A stretch of DNA of 64,000 nt, taken from positions 8,680,001-8,744,000 of the forward strand of contig OZ038378.1 of assembly GCA_964036045.1 (NCBI GenBank). Reading direction: 5' to 3'. Under the pieces are notes generated by a model. The model was not told where the DNA came from. It saw only the letters and a program-made list of their open reading frames with translations, and ran no database searches. The translations under genes and the position numbers were made by a program. Positions 1-10,589 of the stretch are shown one piece after another (position 1 is the first letter of the stretch; each line of letters starts with the position of its first letter). This stretch comes from Eutreptiella sp. 'Long Island Sound 2002' (Eukaryota > Protista > Euglenida).

Positions 1-296
1 ACACGAGCTGCACGTGACTGGACACAAGAAAATTTTGAAAGGGCTTTATTTTGCACGCAGTCCCGAATTCGCACTTTCGCACTTTCGCACCCACATGCAG
101 AGAGACTGCCTTTGGAAGTGCTAGACTTGCCATATCAAAGTATTTTTGGGCTTGTTTCAGCTTGTTCTTTACGGGGACTTGGGTTGGGACTTGGGTCATG
201 GTTTTACTTTCTCCGCCAACGCCGCAAAGGCCGCCCCAAAAAGAAACGCCGCAACATGATCAAAAAGCGGCCACGCATTCGTTGGGGAAAAAGGAG

Positions 297-2063
297 ATGG
301 GAGCCCAAGGAACCCGTGGAGAAGGGCAAGAGAAAACGACGCGGAAAGAGCGGCGACACTCCGAACGCCAAGCGCAAAGGAAGAGTGAGTGGCGCCGCCT
401 AAAACGCCGCTCTACACATTTTGCCCTTGAACACATGGTCAAAAATGAGGTTCCGGTGCTCAAGGGCGACGTCATTGGTGACATCCCAAGTCATTTGTCA
501 CTTCTAATGAAGTTGGGGAATAAGTTTGTGACCTTTCCCAACCCTCGCCATTTCCTTTCCAACATGTCACGAAAATTGACTCATGAATTTCTCGAACTTA
601 GAAGGGTATTGGTTTGGCATGTATATCATCAAAAACATCCTTCGTCCAAACAATCCCACTACCCTCCCTTTGAATCCTTTCCCTATAAACGCATGTACGT
701 ACGCAAAGGAACTTCCCCACCCCCATGTGTGGAACAAGCTATACCGCATGAGGTAAGCCGCATAGATAGTGCTTTCGGTACGGTGGCGAACCAACTTCGG
801 ATGTACTTGGAACATTTGGTGAATGGGGACAACCCGAAACGTGGAGTGTCGTTGTGTAAAGACAAAATGAATGATTTCCTATCTTCCCACATCGTGGTAC
901 CAACTGACAAAGATGGTGGATCAATCATTGTCTCCAAAGGTGCTTATTTGCATGAAGCCTCATGTCACATGTCGAGCACGCTCAATGACAAGCCCGTTTA
1001 CCGCATGTTGGGTGACACATCTACGGTTGCTATATGGGAAGAAAAAGCTAAACTTTGGCAACACAGATTGGCTTTGATCGCTATCCCATGCTTGCCTGAG
1101 TCACTCACTGAGTTTTTGCAACAGTTTTTCGACAACCAGCCCCCTCCCAAATTGCCGGTGTTCTATCTGTTAGCAAAAACCCACAAACAGGGTTTTGGCC
1201 TCTCCTTGAGTGGCAGATTCCCTTCGCGCCCGGTGGTGGGTATGCATCGCTGGGCGACAACACCATGCTCTATTTTCTTTGCCACGTGTGGATCCATATT
1301 ATTAAAAGCGGACCGTGCTCTACACCCGCTGAGTGCACCGCTGTTGGACACAATAGACCTGTTAGGGCGGTTGAGACACCTGAATCAGGACCCACAGGGC
1401 TTTGCTGACGGACGTGAATGGGTGACGTCATCATACGATTTTGATGCTCTATACACGCATTTCAAGTGGTCAGACATTGCTAGGGCTTGTGACTGGTGGC
1501 GACGCTTCGTTATCCAACGTTTGAATGATATGCCTAATGCGTTATCTAGCCAAGAGTTGTCTATGATCAGCTGTTTCTTCGGGGACTTGGATCAGGACTT
1601 CGTTTCTTCCCAACTAGAGTATTTCCCGTACATGAACAACGAACCTGATGATTCAATGTTTCTAGGGAAATTCCTGATGAATGTGGTTTTCCACCATTGC
1701 ATTTTTCTGAACGAGGGCATAGGGGTATTTTTGCAACTGGTTGGATTCGCCATGGGCACCAACTGTGCCCCTGCTTGGGCACAGTTAGGATGTATGAACT
1801 GCAAAACCTCCTGCCGCCACATCTCCATTTGTTCCGCTACATCGATGATGGTTTATTGCTACACCCCATTTCTGTGTCTGTAGCGACCATTCAGGAAAAA
1901 CTCAAGCATGTTTACCCGCCGCATTTACCATTCTCTTTCTGTGTGAGTGCAGCTCATGGTAACGTTCCATTTCTGGATGTCCTGATTGTGTCTGTGACCC
2001 CACTTCACACCAGCGTGTACTGGAAATCATCCCACAGTTGTGCGTACCTGCCGTGGCGATCAA
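297..2063 (+). pseudogene. PLE-1 reverse transcriptase, fingers/palm (frameshift near 1785)
   Basis: ORF 51..1883 (first ATG at 297) carries motifs up to GTNCAPAWAQL. ORF 1697..2125 continues in another frame with MYELQ..FRYIDD..FLDV..YLPWRSN, then is cut by the insertion at 2064. Confidence 0.85.
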
Positions 2064-2682
2064 ATTCTATTGCCTTCGGCAGTGCACCTCGAAGAGAGGT
2101 TGACAGTCAGCCAATCAGTCCCTGAGCCAGCAAGCAGGCAGTCAGACAGATACACACAGTTTGGGTTTTTTGTCAGTGGCAGATGCGGCCCCAAGCAGCG
2201 GGGAGGCCTTTCACCTTAGTCCAAGCATTGGCCGAGTGGTAATGCAGCTGACCTGCAACCTTTGGGTCGGCGGTTCGAACCCCGGTCAGCCGAATTGGGC
2301 GCCGCCGCCGGCGCCAAAAGGGGACAGACCAGGGTTGGAACCGCCGACCGCAAACCTTACGTCGGCTGCCTTACCACTGGACCGCCGTTTGTGTGATGGG
2401 CGCCGTGCTTCCCCACTGCTTGTAGCCTTTTGAGCAAAAACTTTTGACCCCCCCCCCACCCCCCCCCCCCCCCCTCAAAAAGGTGACATCCAGTTTTAGG
2501 GGGTAGAGGCCTCAAAATCAAAAAATCCATTGGGGGATGGTCTTACTGGGCAAAATAATGATTTTACAAGGGGTTGGACATCCAATATCATGCCTTGGGG
2601 TATGCTACGCGAATGACCCCAAAAAAGGGGGGGTATGCGACGCCCGTGCCTGCGCTTGATCTAACAACCTCTCTTCGAGGTG
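2064..2682 (-). mobile_element. Non-autonomous Helentron/Helitron2-like element, copy 1
   Basis: Asymmetric 18-bp inverted repeats CACCTCGAAGAGAGGTTG (2085-2102 and 2665-2682) and a TGCC-TTC-GGCA hairpin (2071-2081) outside one IR. Inserted at a T|T site (alternatively a 3-bp AAT/ATT TSD). A diverged second copy lies at 9595-10175. Confidence 0.7.
2222..2395. other. Pair of convergent tRNA-like (Pol III A/B box) heads inside the Helentron-like element
   Basis: Plus strand: TGGCCGAGTGG (2229-2239) ... GGTTCGAACCC. Minus strand: CGGTCCAGTGG ... GGTTCCAACCC. Acceptor and T stems are imperfect, so these are not functional tRNAs. Confidence 0.65.
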
Positions 2683-2912
2683 ATTTACCCAGACACATCA
2701 AATGCAAGTGGATCAGGGGTGAGTGTATCAGATATCTCCGCATATGCTCTGAGCAGTCTTTCTTTAGGGTGTGCCGCATGAGACTTGATCTAACAACCTC
2801 TCTTCGAGGTGATTTACCCAGACACATCAAATGCAAGTGGATCAGGGGTGAGTGTATCAGATATCTCCGCATATGCTCTGAGCAGTCTTTCTTTAGGGTG
2901 TGCCGCATGAGA
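2655..2912 (+). repeat. Exact 129-bp tandem duplication spanning the element end and the PLE thumb
   Basis: Units start at 2655 and 2784. They give the repeated 43-aa peptide LDLTTSLRGDLPRHIK...VCRMR in ORF 2574..3308. Confidence 0.95.
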
Positions 2913-3308
2913 CTGGTCTCTGCACTGTCATTCTTGGATTACCCGGAGTCTGTGATTCGTTCCAATCTGTTAACCTGGGAGGACCGTGACAGGGTACTAG
3001 TCCCGCGATGCCAGCGTGTGCCTGATCAGAGTGTGCCGGTATCTTCTACTTCACTGTCACAGTGTGAACAGTCCATTGATGGTGTGGAACATGGGGGTGG
3101 TGGGTGGGTGGGAATTCCCCATGTACATGTCCTGAGGGCTTGGCATCATTCAGCAGTGCCTGTGTCGTGGCCACGTGTTGTTCACTGCCTGACACGCAGA
3201 TTGCCCTTTCTACAGCACAGTGCCAAGCTATATGCAATCCTCAGACCATTGACTTCTGTCAAAAGATTTTTCAGGACAGCGGCGCACGCCGCATTGCAGA
3301 GCCGCTAA
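2683..3308 (+). pseudogene. PLE-1 RT thumb/linker C-terminus
   Basis: Removing 2064-2682 rejoins ...YLPWRSN|LPRHIKCKWIRGECIRYLRICS in frame (PLE Y-x-x-x-x-S-x-x-P thumb motif). The ORF ends at 3308 with no GIY-YIG motif. Confidence 0.8.
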
Positions 3309-3442
3309 TACTGTTTTTGACGAATTTCAGGGATGATGAAATATAGACTAGCACTGATTTTACGGCATGATACACATTGTATTGCCTGTTTTCGGATTTA
3401 TGCTATTTTCGCTGTGCATATTTCTGTGTTTCAGCCATGTTT

Positions 3443-3482
3443 GTTTGCTGAGGAGGCCCGTAGAGGCGAAACCGGTTCAAAC
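3443..3482 (+). ncRNA. Type I minimal hammerhead ribozyme (one extra nt next to stem II)
   Basis: GTTTG-CTGAGGA-G-GCC-cgtaga-GGC-GAAA-CCGGT-T-CAAAC: stem I GTTTG/CAAAC, CUGANGA core, stem II GCC/GGC, GAAA, palindromic ACCGGT stem III. It lies just 3' of a PLE ORF, where such ribozymes are known to occur. Confidence 0.6.
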
Positions 3483-5039
3483 TCAATCAATTTCTGAGAG
3501 AGACCTTGGCTGTGCCCGTTGCTTGCTTTGGTTTGGAGGTCAGCTTTGGCGTCAACCACAATCAACGAGAGTGGAAAACATTTTCTTGGGCTTTTTAATT
3601 CCATCAGGACTTGGGTTGCTGGCAATGGCTAGTGTTTGCTGTTACTTCCTGGTGGTTGCTGTTTACTCCCAGTGGGCTGCTGTTGATTCGTGAACGGCTG
3701 CTATCAATCGCTGGTGGTGTGTTGCGAATCCCCAAAAGGGTTGCCATTGATTCTTGGTGGCTTGCTGTTAATTCCTGGGGGGACACTGTCATTTCATAGA
3801 GAATTGTTGCTGCTGCACCATTCAATCGCCCCATGGCACAATACTCCAGCTGTAAATCAAGCATTTGGCCTGCAACAAAAACAGTTGAAGAAGTGCTGAA
3901 CCATCGCCAAAATATTCTTCTGGAGTTCATCTGTTTTGGGCTTGGGCATCAAAAAACGAACCATGGCGGAGAGAAACCTGCACAGTGTATGCAGAAAATG
4001 GGCAACTGTGCAACAAAGGGATGCATCAATGGCAAGAGGCTTCGTACCCACAGATTTCAACTGCACCCAGTCCATAAATGGAAAATTGTGTGGGAAATAT
4101 CGCACGCAATTGAAATGCAAAATATCCCCTGGTGAAAAAGTCCTGTCGCAAATCCCGCCCCCCTGTACTCAAAGTTTTGAGTTTGAGTGCTTGATAAACC
4201 GAGGGCTTGCAATCACAACGTTTCAGCGTCAATGAAGCACACAACAGGGGAGAGGAATGGCAATTGTATTTGTTTGCAAACCAACCGCTTTCATGTACCG
4301 CACAGCACAGCACGCACAGTGTGGTTGCACCCGCACTCATGAGGGGCTTATGGGTGTGGCAGCTACCTGGCACTATGTCAGCTTGCAGCGATGCTGAACT
4401 CGGCGCCGCGCCCTTGTTTTGGCCGCTGTTGGCACACAGCGGCGGCAGCCGCCGGCGTTTGAACGGATTCTCTGCAGCAAGATAGGAAAATACGAGCACC
4501 CCTGGGCTCAATGGCGCGCTGTATCCCAACATGAGCCTGTGTTCCGGGCAGTAAATGATGCGTCGCGAGTCGTGTAAATCAGACCAGCTGATCGGAATCC
4601 ATCAACTACAGACCGCCCTCCATCAAGTCTGAAACCCGTGGGACCGCCGCCTGTTGCCACCCTCTCATCCTCTCCTCCCGATGGGGCTGAGGAGTTCATT
4701 TCCCCATTTTTGTTGAATCGTGCTTGGGCCCCATTTGCTACTCTGTGCTCAGCACCCCCTCCCCCCCATGAAAGCGGTTCAAACGCGGTTGTCGGCATCG
4801 GGGGGGTTATCAATCACAAGCAGTTGGTAATTCACCGCCAGCTGTGGTCCGGACGTTCCCGAAGCGAAAAAACAACTCATGTCCCTTTGCCCACCTCGTA
4901 CTGCCAGCCAGCCCCCCCATGGAGCTCCGGGAAGGGTTGGGTCTGGGGGGGGGAGGGGGGTGGATGGGTGGGTCCAGCCCTCCCCAGTGGTGCTGAGCCG
5001 AAGGCGCTGCAGAAAATTTTGATCAGTCAAAGGCCCAGA

Positions 5040-5150
5040 AGACAATTCTGGCCCAACCTTTTAAGGGGCGGGGGGGGGGGGGGTCGGTGTGGGAACCCCC
5101 CCCACCCACCCACCCCCAGTGGTGCCAAGTTGTTAAAAGGAGCCCTGTCC
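5040..5150. repeat. Short G/C-run interspersed repeat (second copy ~13965-14095)
   Basis: Shared TGGCCCAA(C/T)CTTTT..poly-G..poly-C..AGTTGTTAAAAGG(A/T)GCCCTG layout at both loci. Confidence 0.6.
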
Positions 5151-7237
5151 CCGCCCCCCACCCACCACCACCATCACCCGTTGCCTGCCCCTGCCTGCCG
5201 ATGCCCTACCCGGCCCTCTGCCCTCCTCCGCGCAATCTCAGCAACACGCAGCCGCTGCACCTGACTCCGCGCTCTGTGTCCTTCCCGATCCCGCACCGCG
5301 AGTGCCGGGGCCCCGCGGTGCGGGCGTCGCCGGGTCCTGCTCCCGCGGCGCGGCGGCCATGCCATCGCGCCCAAGGGACACCGGAGCACGACCCTCTGGG
5401 CCGTCATCGCGGGCACGCTTCGCCGTCGACGAAGGCGCGGCCTGCGCCGCGGAGGCCACCCCCTGGGGCGACCCTGGGGCTGCGCGGGGGCTCCGGCCCG
5501 GGGCAGGGCCAATGGGTGGCGGCGTGGCTTGCTGGTGTCTGGGGGCGTGTGCCGCTGTGGCAGGGGCATGGGGCAAGGGGGAGACCCGGGGAGCGGAGAT
5601 CGACGGGCCTATGCAGACCGGAGGTCTCTGCAACGCCACCAAACTGGCGCGGATGCGGTCCGGGATCGGAGACTCGCTCGGTCGACCGCCTGGCGCCCGG
5701 CCACTCTCATCCTTGCAACCCACGTCTGCAATGGAGAAACGGCCACCTAGTAAACCCCCTGCCTCCAATATTATCAAGCGCTTGATGTGATTGTGACCAC
5801 ATGTAGTGTGCATTTCGGGGGTGACGTGCAACACGACGGGATCAGAAAGTGTGTGCATCTGCCTTGTGGGGGTGCTCAGAGTGCCTCGGGACCGGCGTCC
5901 CGCCCCAAAACATTCCACAGCACCACACATGGGAATGCTTGATATCATTTTGATGGTTGATAATCAAGGAGGGGGGGTGGTCTGGGACCCAAACGTACCA
6001 AAAATGGCCCGACAACATTTTCCCAATTTTGAATGTCGTTTTATCTCACAATGGCCGCTGTGGTCTGGGGGAGGGGTCCCGGGGGGGGGGGACCCCCGTT
6101 CCTGCGCTGTACAGCCGTTCTAATACTTCCCTGCCCTGCAGTCCATTGGCCCCACCCTGCGTGGCAGCACAAGAATCCCCCTTGTGCCAACTGCGTCTGA
6201 AGCACGGCGGTCCGTGTCGTCTCCATAGAACCCACACCATAGCTGCCATCCCCGAACTCTTGAAGGAACCCAGGGTTGCAAGGGCAGTGTGTGATGTATG
6301 TGTTCAGGATTGACACTCAGCCCCCTCTTTTCCTACCGCAAAGGCACGAGTTTTGCTGTGGGGATCACCCTGGCCCTCTGCACAATAAAAATATTCTCAC
6401 TTGCCCTCGCCTTCCATTCCATTTCACACCGGAATGCACACACACTCGCGTGGACACACCACCCGTCGCTGGATGGGCCTTGGCAAACGCCATGTAGCTG
6501 CTGAAGCCCGCATCGGAAAGGCGTGACACGTGGACGGGAGTGGGCCCACTTGCCGTCGGCGACTGCAGCTCGGCCTTGGGCCCTGCATCCGGCGTCGCGG
6601 CAATGCGACGCAGTGCCTGGAGCGGCGTTGGGGCCTGGGGCCCTCGGACCGATGGGGCCGAACCTGCGCCCACGCGTCCGGGGTTCGGTGGCCTTGGGCC
6701 ACTGCCCGCCGCACTTCCGGCGCCGCAAGGCACGATCCGATCGGGGAGGACTTGGGCATCGGAATGCGGACGTCCGGCATCGGGAGGGGTACTCCTGTTG
6801 GAGGGCTCACCCACCGTGAACTGCTCATCCATCTTGGCGACTGATGCGCGGAAATCCTCCGTTGCGCTGCTGAGTGACGGACTTGCAGCAGAGGCGTCAC
6901 CTGCACAGGGCATAGGACCAGGGATATGCTTATCCAGGGGGGTGGGGGGGGGGTTTGGTGGCCCAGCAGCCCCCCCCCTGTGTGACATTCCGTCCGGTTG
7001 TTGCTCCTTTACGGGGCCCTGGACGGTCACCCGTTATTCCTTTCGCATGTTGTGTCGGGTCGCTGCTTCCTATCGGCCGCTGCGCCCCCCCCCCCCCCTC
7101 CCATGGGGGTTGTATGTTTCTTGCTCTTTGGGTCCAGAGACGAATGGATGCAGTGCAGAAGTACAGAATCAACTCCTCAAGTTCATCTGCACCTGCACAG
7201 GGCATTGTATAGACTGCTGCACACACTTGTGAAAAAC

Positions 7238-7410
7238 GTAAGTCGTGTACAAAAAAAACCGTCTAGTCGTGTAATTTTTTTTTGCTGTAAATGCGTGTAA
7301 TTTTTTTTTGTTGCAAGTCGTGTGAATTAATAAAAAAAATTGAATTTTTTTATTTTTGCGGTAAGGGAGTGTAATTTTTTTTTTGCGGTAAGTCGTGTAA
7401 ATTATAAAAA
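7238..7410. repeat. GTCGTGTAA + poly-T/A motif array (related array at 10330-10610)
   Basis: Multiple GT(AA)GTCGTGTAA-T(n) units; the same motif recurs at 10330-10610. Confidence 0.8.
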
Positions 7411-7800
7411 AAATTGAAAAATTGAAAGAAATGCAACCTTTGCAATACATGCGCAATATGTACAGCTGCCGGTTCCGTACGGCACCCTATAGCGACCTTA
7501 ACGATGGGACGCCGAGTCCACAAAGCACATAGTACTCTGCGTGGCCACCAATTAGTTGGGACTCGGCCAATATAACATAGTTTCACATGGAGTCACTGGC
7601 ACTAGACACAAAATCAAGCCCAAGAAAAGAGTTCTGACAGGGCCATGGCAGGATTGTGTATAAAGTCTGATGACTGATGTGGCATGTTGTTTTTGCAGTG
7701 TATACAACAAGATGTGTGATATGTCTGATATAGATCGGATGCTTGGAGGAAGGGGGGGGGGGGTTGTCCAAATGGGTGTGCAAAAAGTTGATGCCCCCCA

Positions 7801-8890
7801 CCCCATAGGCCCCGATAGGTCCCCATAGGTCCCCATAGGTGCCAATGGGTCCCCAAAGGTCCCCATAGGTCCCCATAGGGGCCGATAGGCCCCCATAGGC
7901 CCCCATAGGTGCCCATAGGCCCCAAGAGGTCCCCATAGGTGCCAATGGGTCCCCAAATGTCCCCATAGATGCCAATAGGCCCCCATAGGCCCCCATAGGC
8001 CCCGATAGGTCCCCATAGGTCCCCGTAGGCCCCGATAGGTCCCCATAGGTCCCCATAGGCCCCCATAGGTCCCCATAGGTCCCCATAGGCCCCCATAGGT
8101 CCCCACAGGCCCCCACAGGCCCCCATAGGTCCCCACAAGCCCCCAAAGGTCCCCATACGTCCCCACAGGCCCCCATAGGTCCCCACAGGCCCCCATAGGT
8201 CCCCATTGGCCCCCATAGGTCCCCACAGGTCCCAATAGGTCCCCATAGGTCCCCATAGGTCCCCATAGGTCCCCATAGGCCCCGATAGGTCCCCATAGGC
8301 CCCCATAGGCCCCCATAGGTCCCGATAGGTCCCCATAGGTCCCCATAGGTCCCCATAGGTCCCCATAGGCCCCCATATGTCCCCACAAGCCCCCATAGGT
8401 CCCCACAAGCCCCCAAAGGTCCCGATAGGTCCTCATAGGTCCCCATAGGCCCCCATAGGTCCCCATAGGTCCCCACAGGCCCCCACAGGCCCCCATAGGT
8501 CCCCATAGGTCCCCATAGGTCCCCATAGGTCCCCATAGGTCCCCATACGTCCCGATAGGTCCCCATAGGTCCCCATAGGCCCCCATAGGTCCCCACAGGC
8601 CCCCATAGGTCCCCACAAGCGCCCAAAGGTCCCGATAGGTCCCGATAGGTCCCCATAGGCCCCCATAGGTCCCATAGGTCCCCATTGGCCCCCATAGGTC
8701 CCCATAGGTCCCCATAGGTCCCCACAGGCCCCCACAGGCCCCCATAGGTCCCCATAGGTCCCCATAGGTCCCCATAGGTCCCCATAGGTCCCCATAGGTC
8801 CCCATAGGTCCCCATAGGTCCCCATAGGTCCCCATAGGCCCCCATAGGTCCCCATAGGTCCCCATAGGTCCCCATAGGTCCCCAAAGGCC
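7801..8890. repeat. ~1.1-kb minisatellite of a 10-bp unit (CCCCATAGGT and variants)
   Basis: Directly visible tandem array. The long GPMGTYGDLW ORFs on the minus strand are its translation. Confidence 0.97.
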
Positions 8891-8914
8891 CCTTGGGAGC
8901 CGCCCCCCGAACAC

Positions 8915-9290
8915 CCAAATAGGGTGAAAAACACATAAAGACGGGCTAAAACATGCTTTACATAGGATATTTGATAATTTTGGATTGTCAAAGTGTCAAA
9001 AAGATCAGTTTCGGAAAGTTCCATTTTTGAGCTGCCGAGGCCAGAAAGCTGCATAAGCAGGTTGTGCCCCGCCCCCCCCCCACCCAAATAGGGTGAAAAA
9101 CACATAAAGAGGGCATTCGTCGATTAACGTCCACTGGTCTATGTACAGAGGCAGAGGCGGGGAGGTGGGCCGAGTCGAGTTCAGGCGCCCATGTCCTCCC
9201 CTACAGGCCCCCCCGCCTGAGCCTGCACGGCGGCCAGGAGGGACAAGCCAAATAGGGTGAAAAACACATAAACAGGGGCTAAAACATGCT
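8915..9290 (+). repeat. Three spaced copies of CCAAATAGGGTGAAAAACACATAAA
   Basis: Copies at ~8915, ~9084 and ~9249 (about 167-bp spacing). Confidence 0.8.
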
Positions 9291-9594
9291 TTACATAGCA
9301 TATTTCATCATTGCGAGTGGTCACAATATCAAAAAAAAATTGCAAAATTTTCCATTGTTGACCTGTAGAGGGTGGAAAACTGCTAAAGCAGTTTGTGCAC
9401 ACTCCAAATGCCATTGAACCACCTACAAACAGCAATTTCGAAGCTTTTTGGGGGTCCATGGCTCGGGCTAGATGGGCCCAGTGGCCACTACGTGGGTCCC
9501 CATGGGCGCTCAAGTACCCGTATTGTCAGCAAATGATCACCCAAACCCAACCTAGGGGCAACAGAAGGGTTTTGGAAAAAGTCGAAATGTGTAA

Positions 9595-10175
9595 ATTCTA
9601 TTGCCTTCGGCGGTGCACCTCGAAGAGAGGTTGACAGTCAGCCATTGAGTCATACAGAAACACACAGTTTGGGTTTTTTGTCAGTGGCAAATGCGTCCCT
9701 AAACAGTGGGGCGACACTTCCCTGCAGACCATGCAGTGGCCGAATGGTAACGCAGCCGACCGAAGTTTCTTTGGTCGGCGGTTCGAACCCTGGTTGGCTG
9801 TATTTGGCGCCGCCGCCGCCGCCGCGAAAAGTGAGCAGACCAAGATTCGAACCACCGACCGAAAAATTTGCGTCGGCTGCGTTGAGATTCGACCATCGGT
9901 TGGCTGACGGCGATTTGCTTCCCCACTGCTTGGAGCCTTCTGAGCGAAAACTTTTGACCCCCCCCCCCCCCAAAAAGTGATATCCAGTTTTAGGGGGTAG
10001 AGGCCTCAAAATCAAAAAATCCATTGGGGGATGGTCTTATTGGGCAAAATCATGATTTTACAAGGGGTTGGACATCCAATATCATGCCTTGGGGTATGCT
10101 ACGCGAATGACCCCAAAAAAGGGGGGTATATGACGCCCGCACCTGCGCTTGATCTAACAACCTCTTTTCGAGGTG
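9595..10175 (-). mobile_element. Non-autonomous Helentron/Helitron2-like element, copy 2
   Basis: Same termini as copy 1: ATTCTATTGCCTTCGGC, IR at 9616-9633 and 10158-10175, T|T context. Internal convergent tRNA-like heads at ~9734-9900. Confidence 0.7.
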
Positions 10176-10445
10176 ATTTTTTAGGTGCCACTAAATCGCC
10201 TACACAACGACAATTCTGGGGCGCCCGGAGGGCCCATGGCACGGGCTACATAGGCCTAGCGGCCACTACGTGGCCACAGGTGGGCACATCGCCTACATGC
10301 ATGCATTTTCAGTAAAATTGGTAATTGCTTCTTTGCGGTAGGGTCGTGTAATTTTTTTATTTTTGCAGCAAACACGTGTAGGAAAAAATCGTCACGTCGT
10401 GTATTTTTTTTTATTTTTTGCGGTAAGTCGTGTAATTTTTTTTTC

Positions 10446-10589
10446 CGCTGTAAATGCCCGTAACAAAAAAACCGTCAGGTCGTGTAATTTTTTTTTTTGC
10501 TGTAAGTCGTGTAAGCCGGCTTACACGACTTACAGCAAAAAAAAAAATTACACGACCTGACGGTTTTTTTGTTACGTGCATTTACAGCG
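10446..10589. repeat. 144-bp near-perfect spacerless palindrome within a GTCGTGTAA array (10330-10610)
   Basis: Centre GCCGGC at 10515-10520. The arms match, including 11-nt T and A runs, with one mismatch seen. Confidence 0.9.

Larger units (their letters stand above)
297..3700 (+). mobile_element. Penelope-like retroelement (PLE-1), RT without a visible GIY-YIG endonuclease, disrupted
   Basis: PLE-type RT motifs across three ORF pieces: LGNKF..P N-terminal block, TDKDGG, LAKTHK..SRPVVG, YDFDALYTHF, GFAMGTNCAP, RYIDD, FLDV..VYWK..YLPWRSN, LPRHIK..GECIRYLRICS thumb. A hammerhead-like motif lies in the 3' region. Element ends are approximate. Confidence 0.88.

Noticed and set aside
2222-2292. 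Possible tRNA genes (also 9734-9800)
   Set aside because: A/B boxes are present but acceptor and T stems do not pair; treated as tRNA-derived heads.
5087-7232. Multiple overlapping GC-rich ORFs of 130-236 aa
   Set aside because: Open in many frames because of GC richness, with no recognisable motifs.
7552-9105. Long minus-strand ORFs (517, 443, 264 aa) of GPMGTYGDLW repeats resembling collagen or structural proteins
   Set aside because: They are translations of a 10-bp satellite, open in several frames at once because the unit lacks stops.
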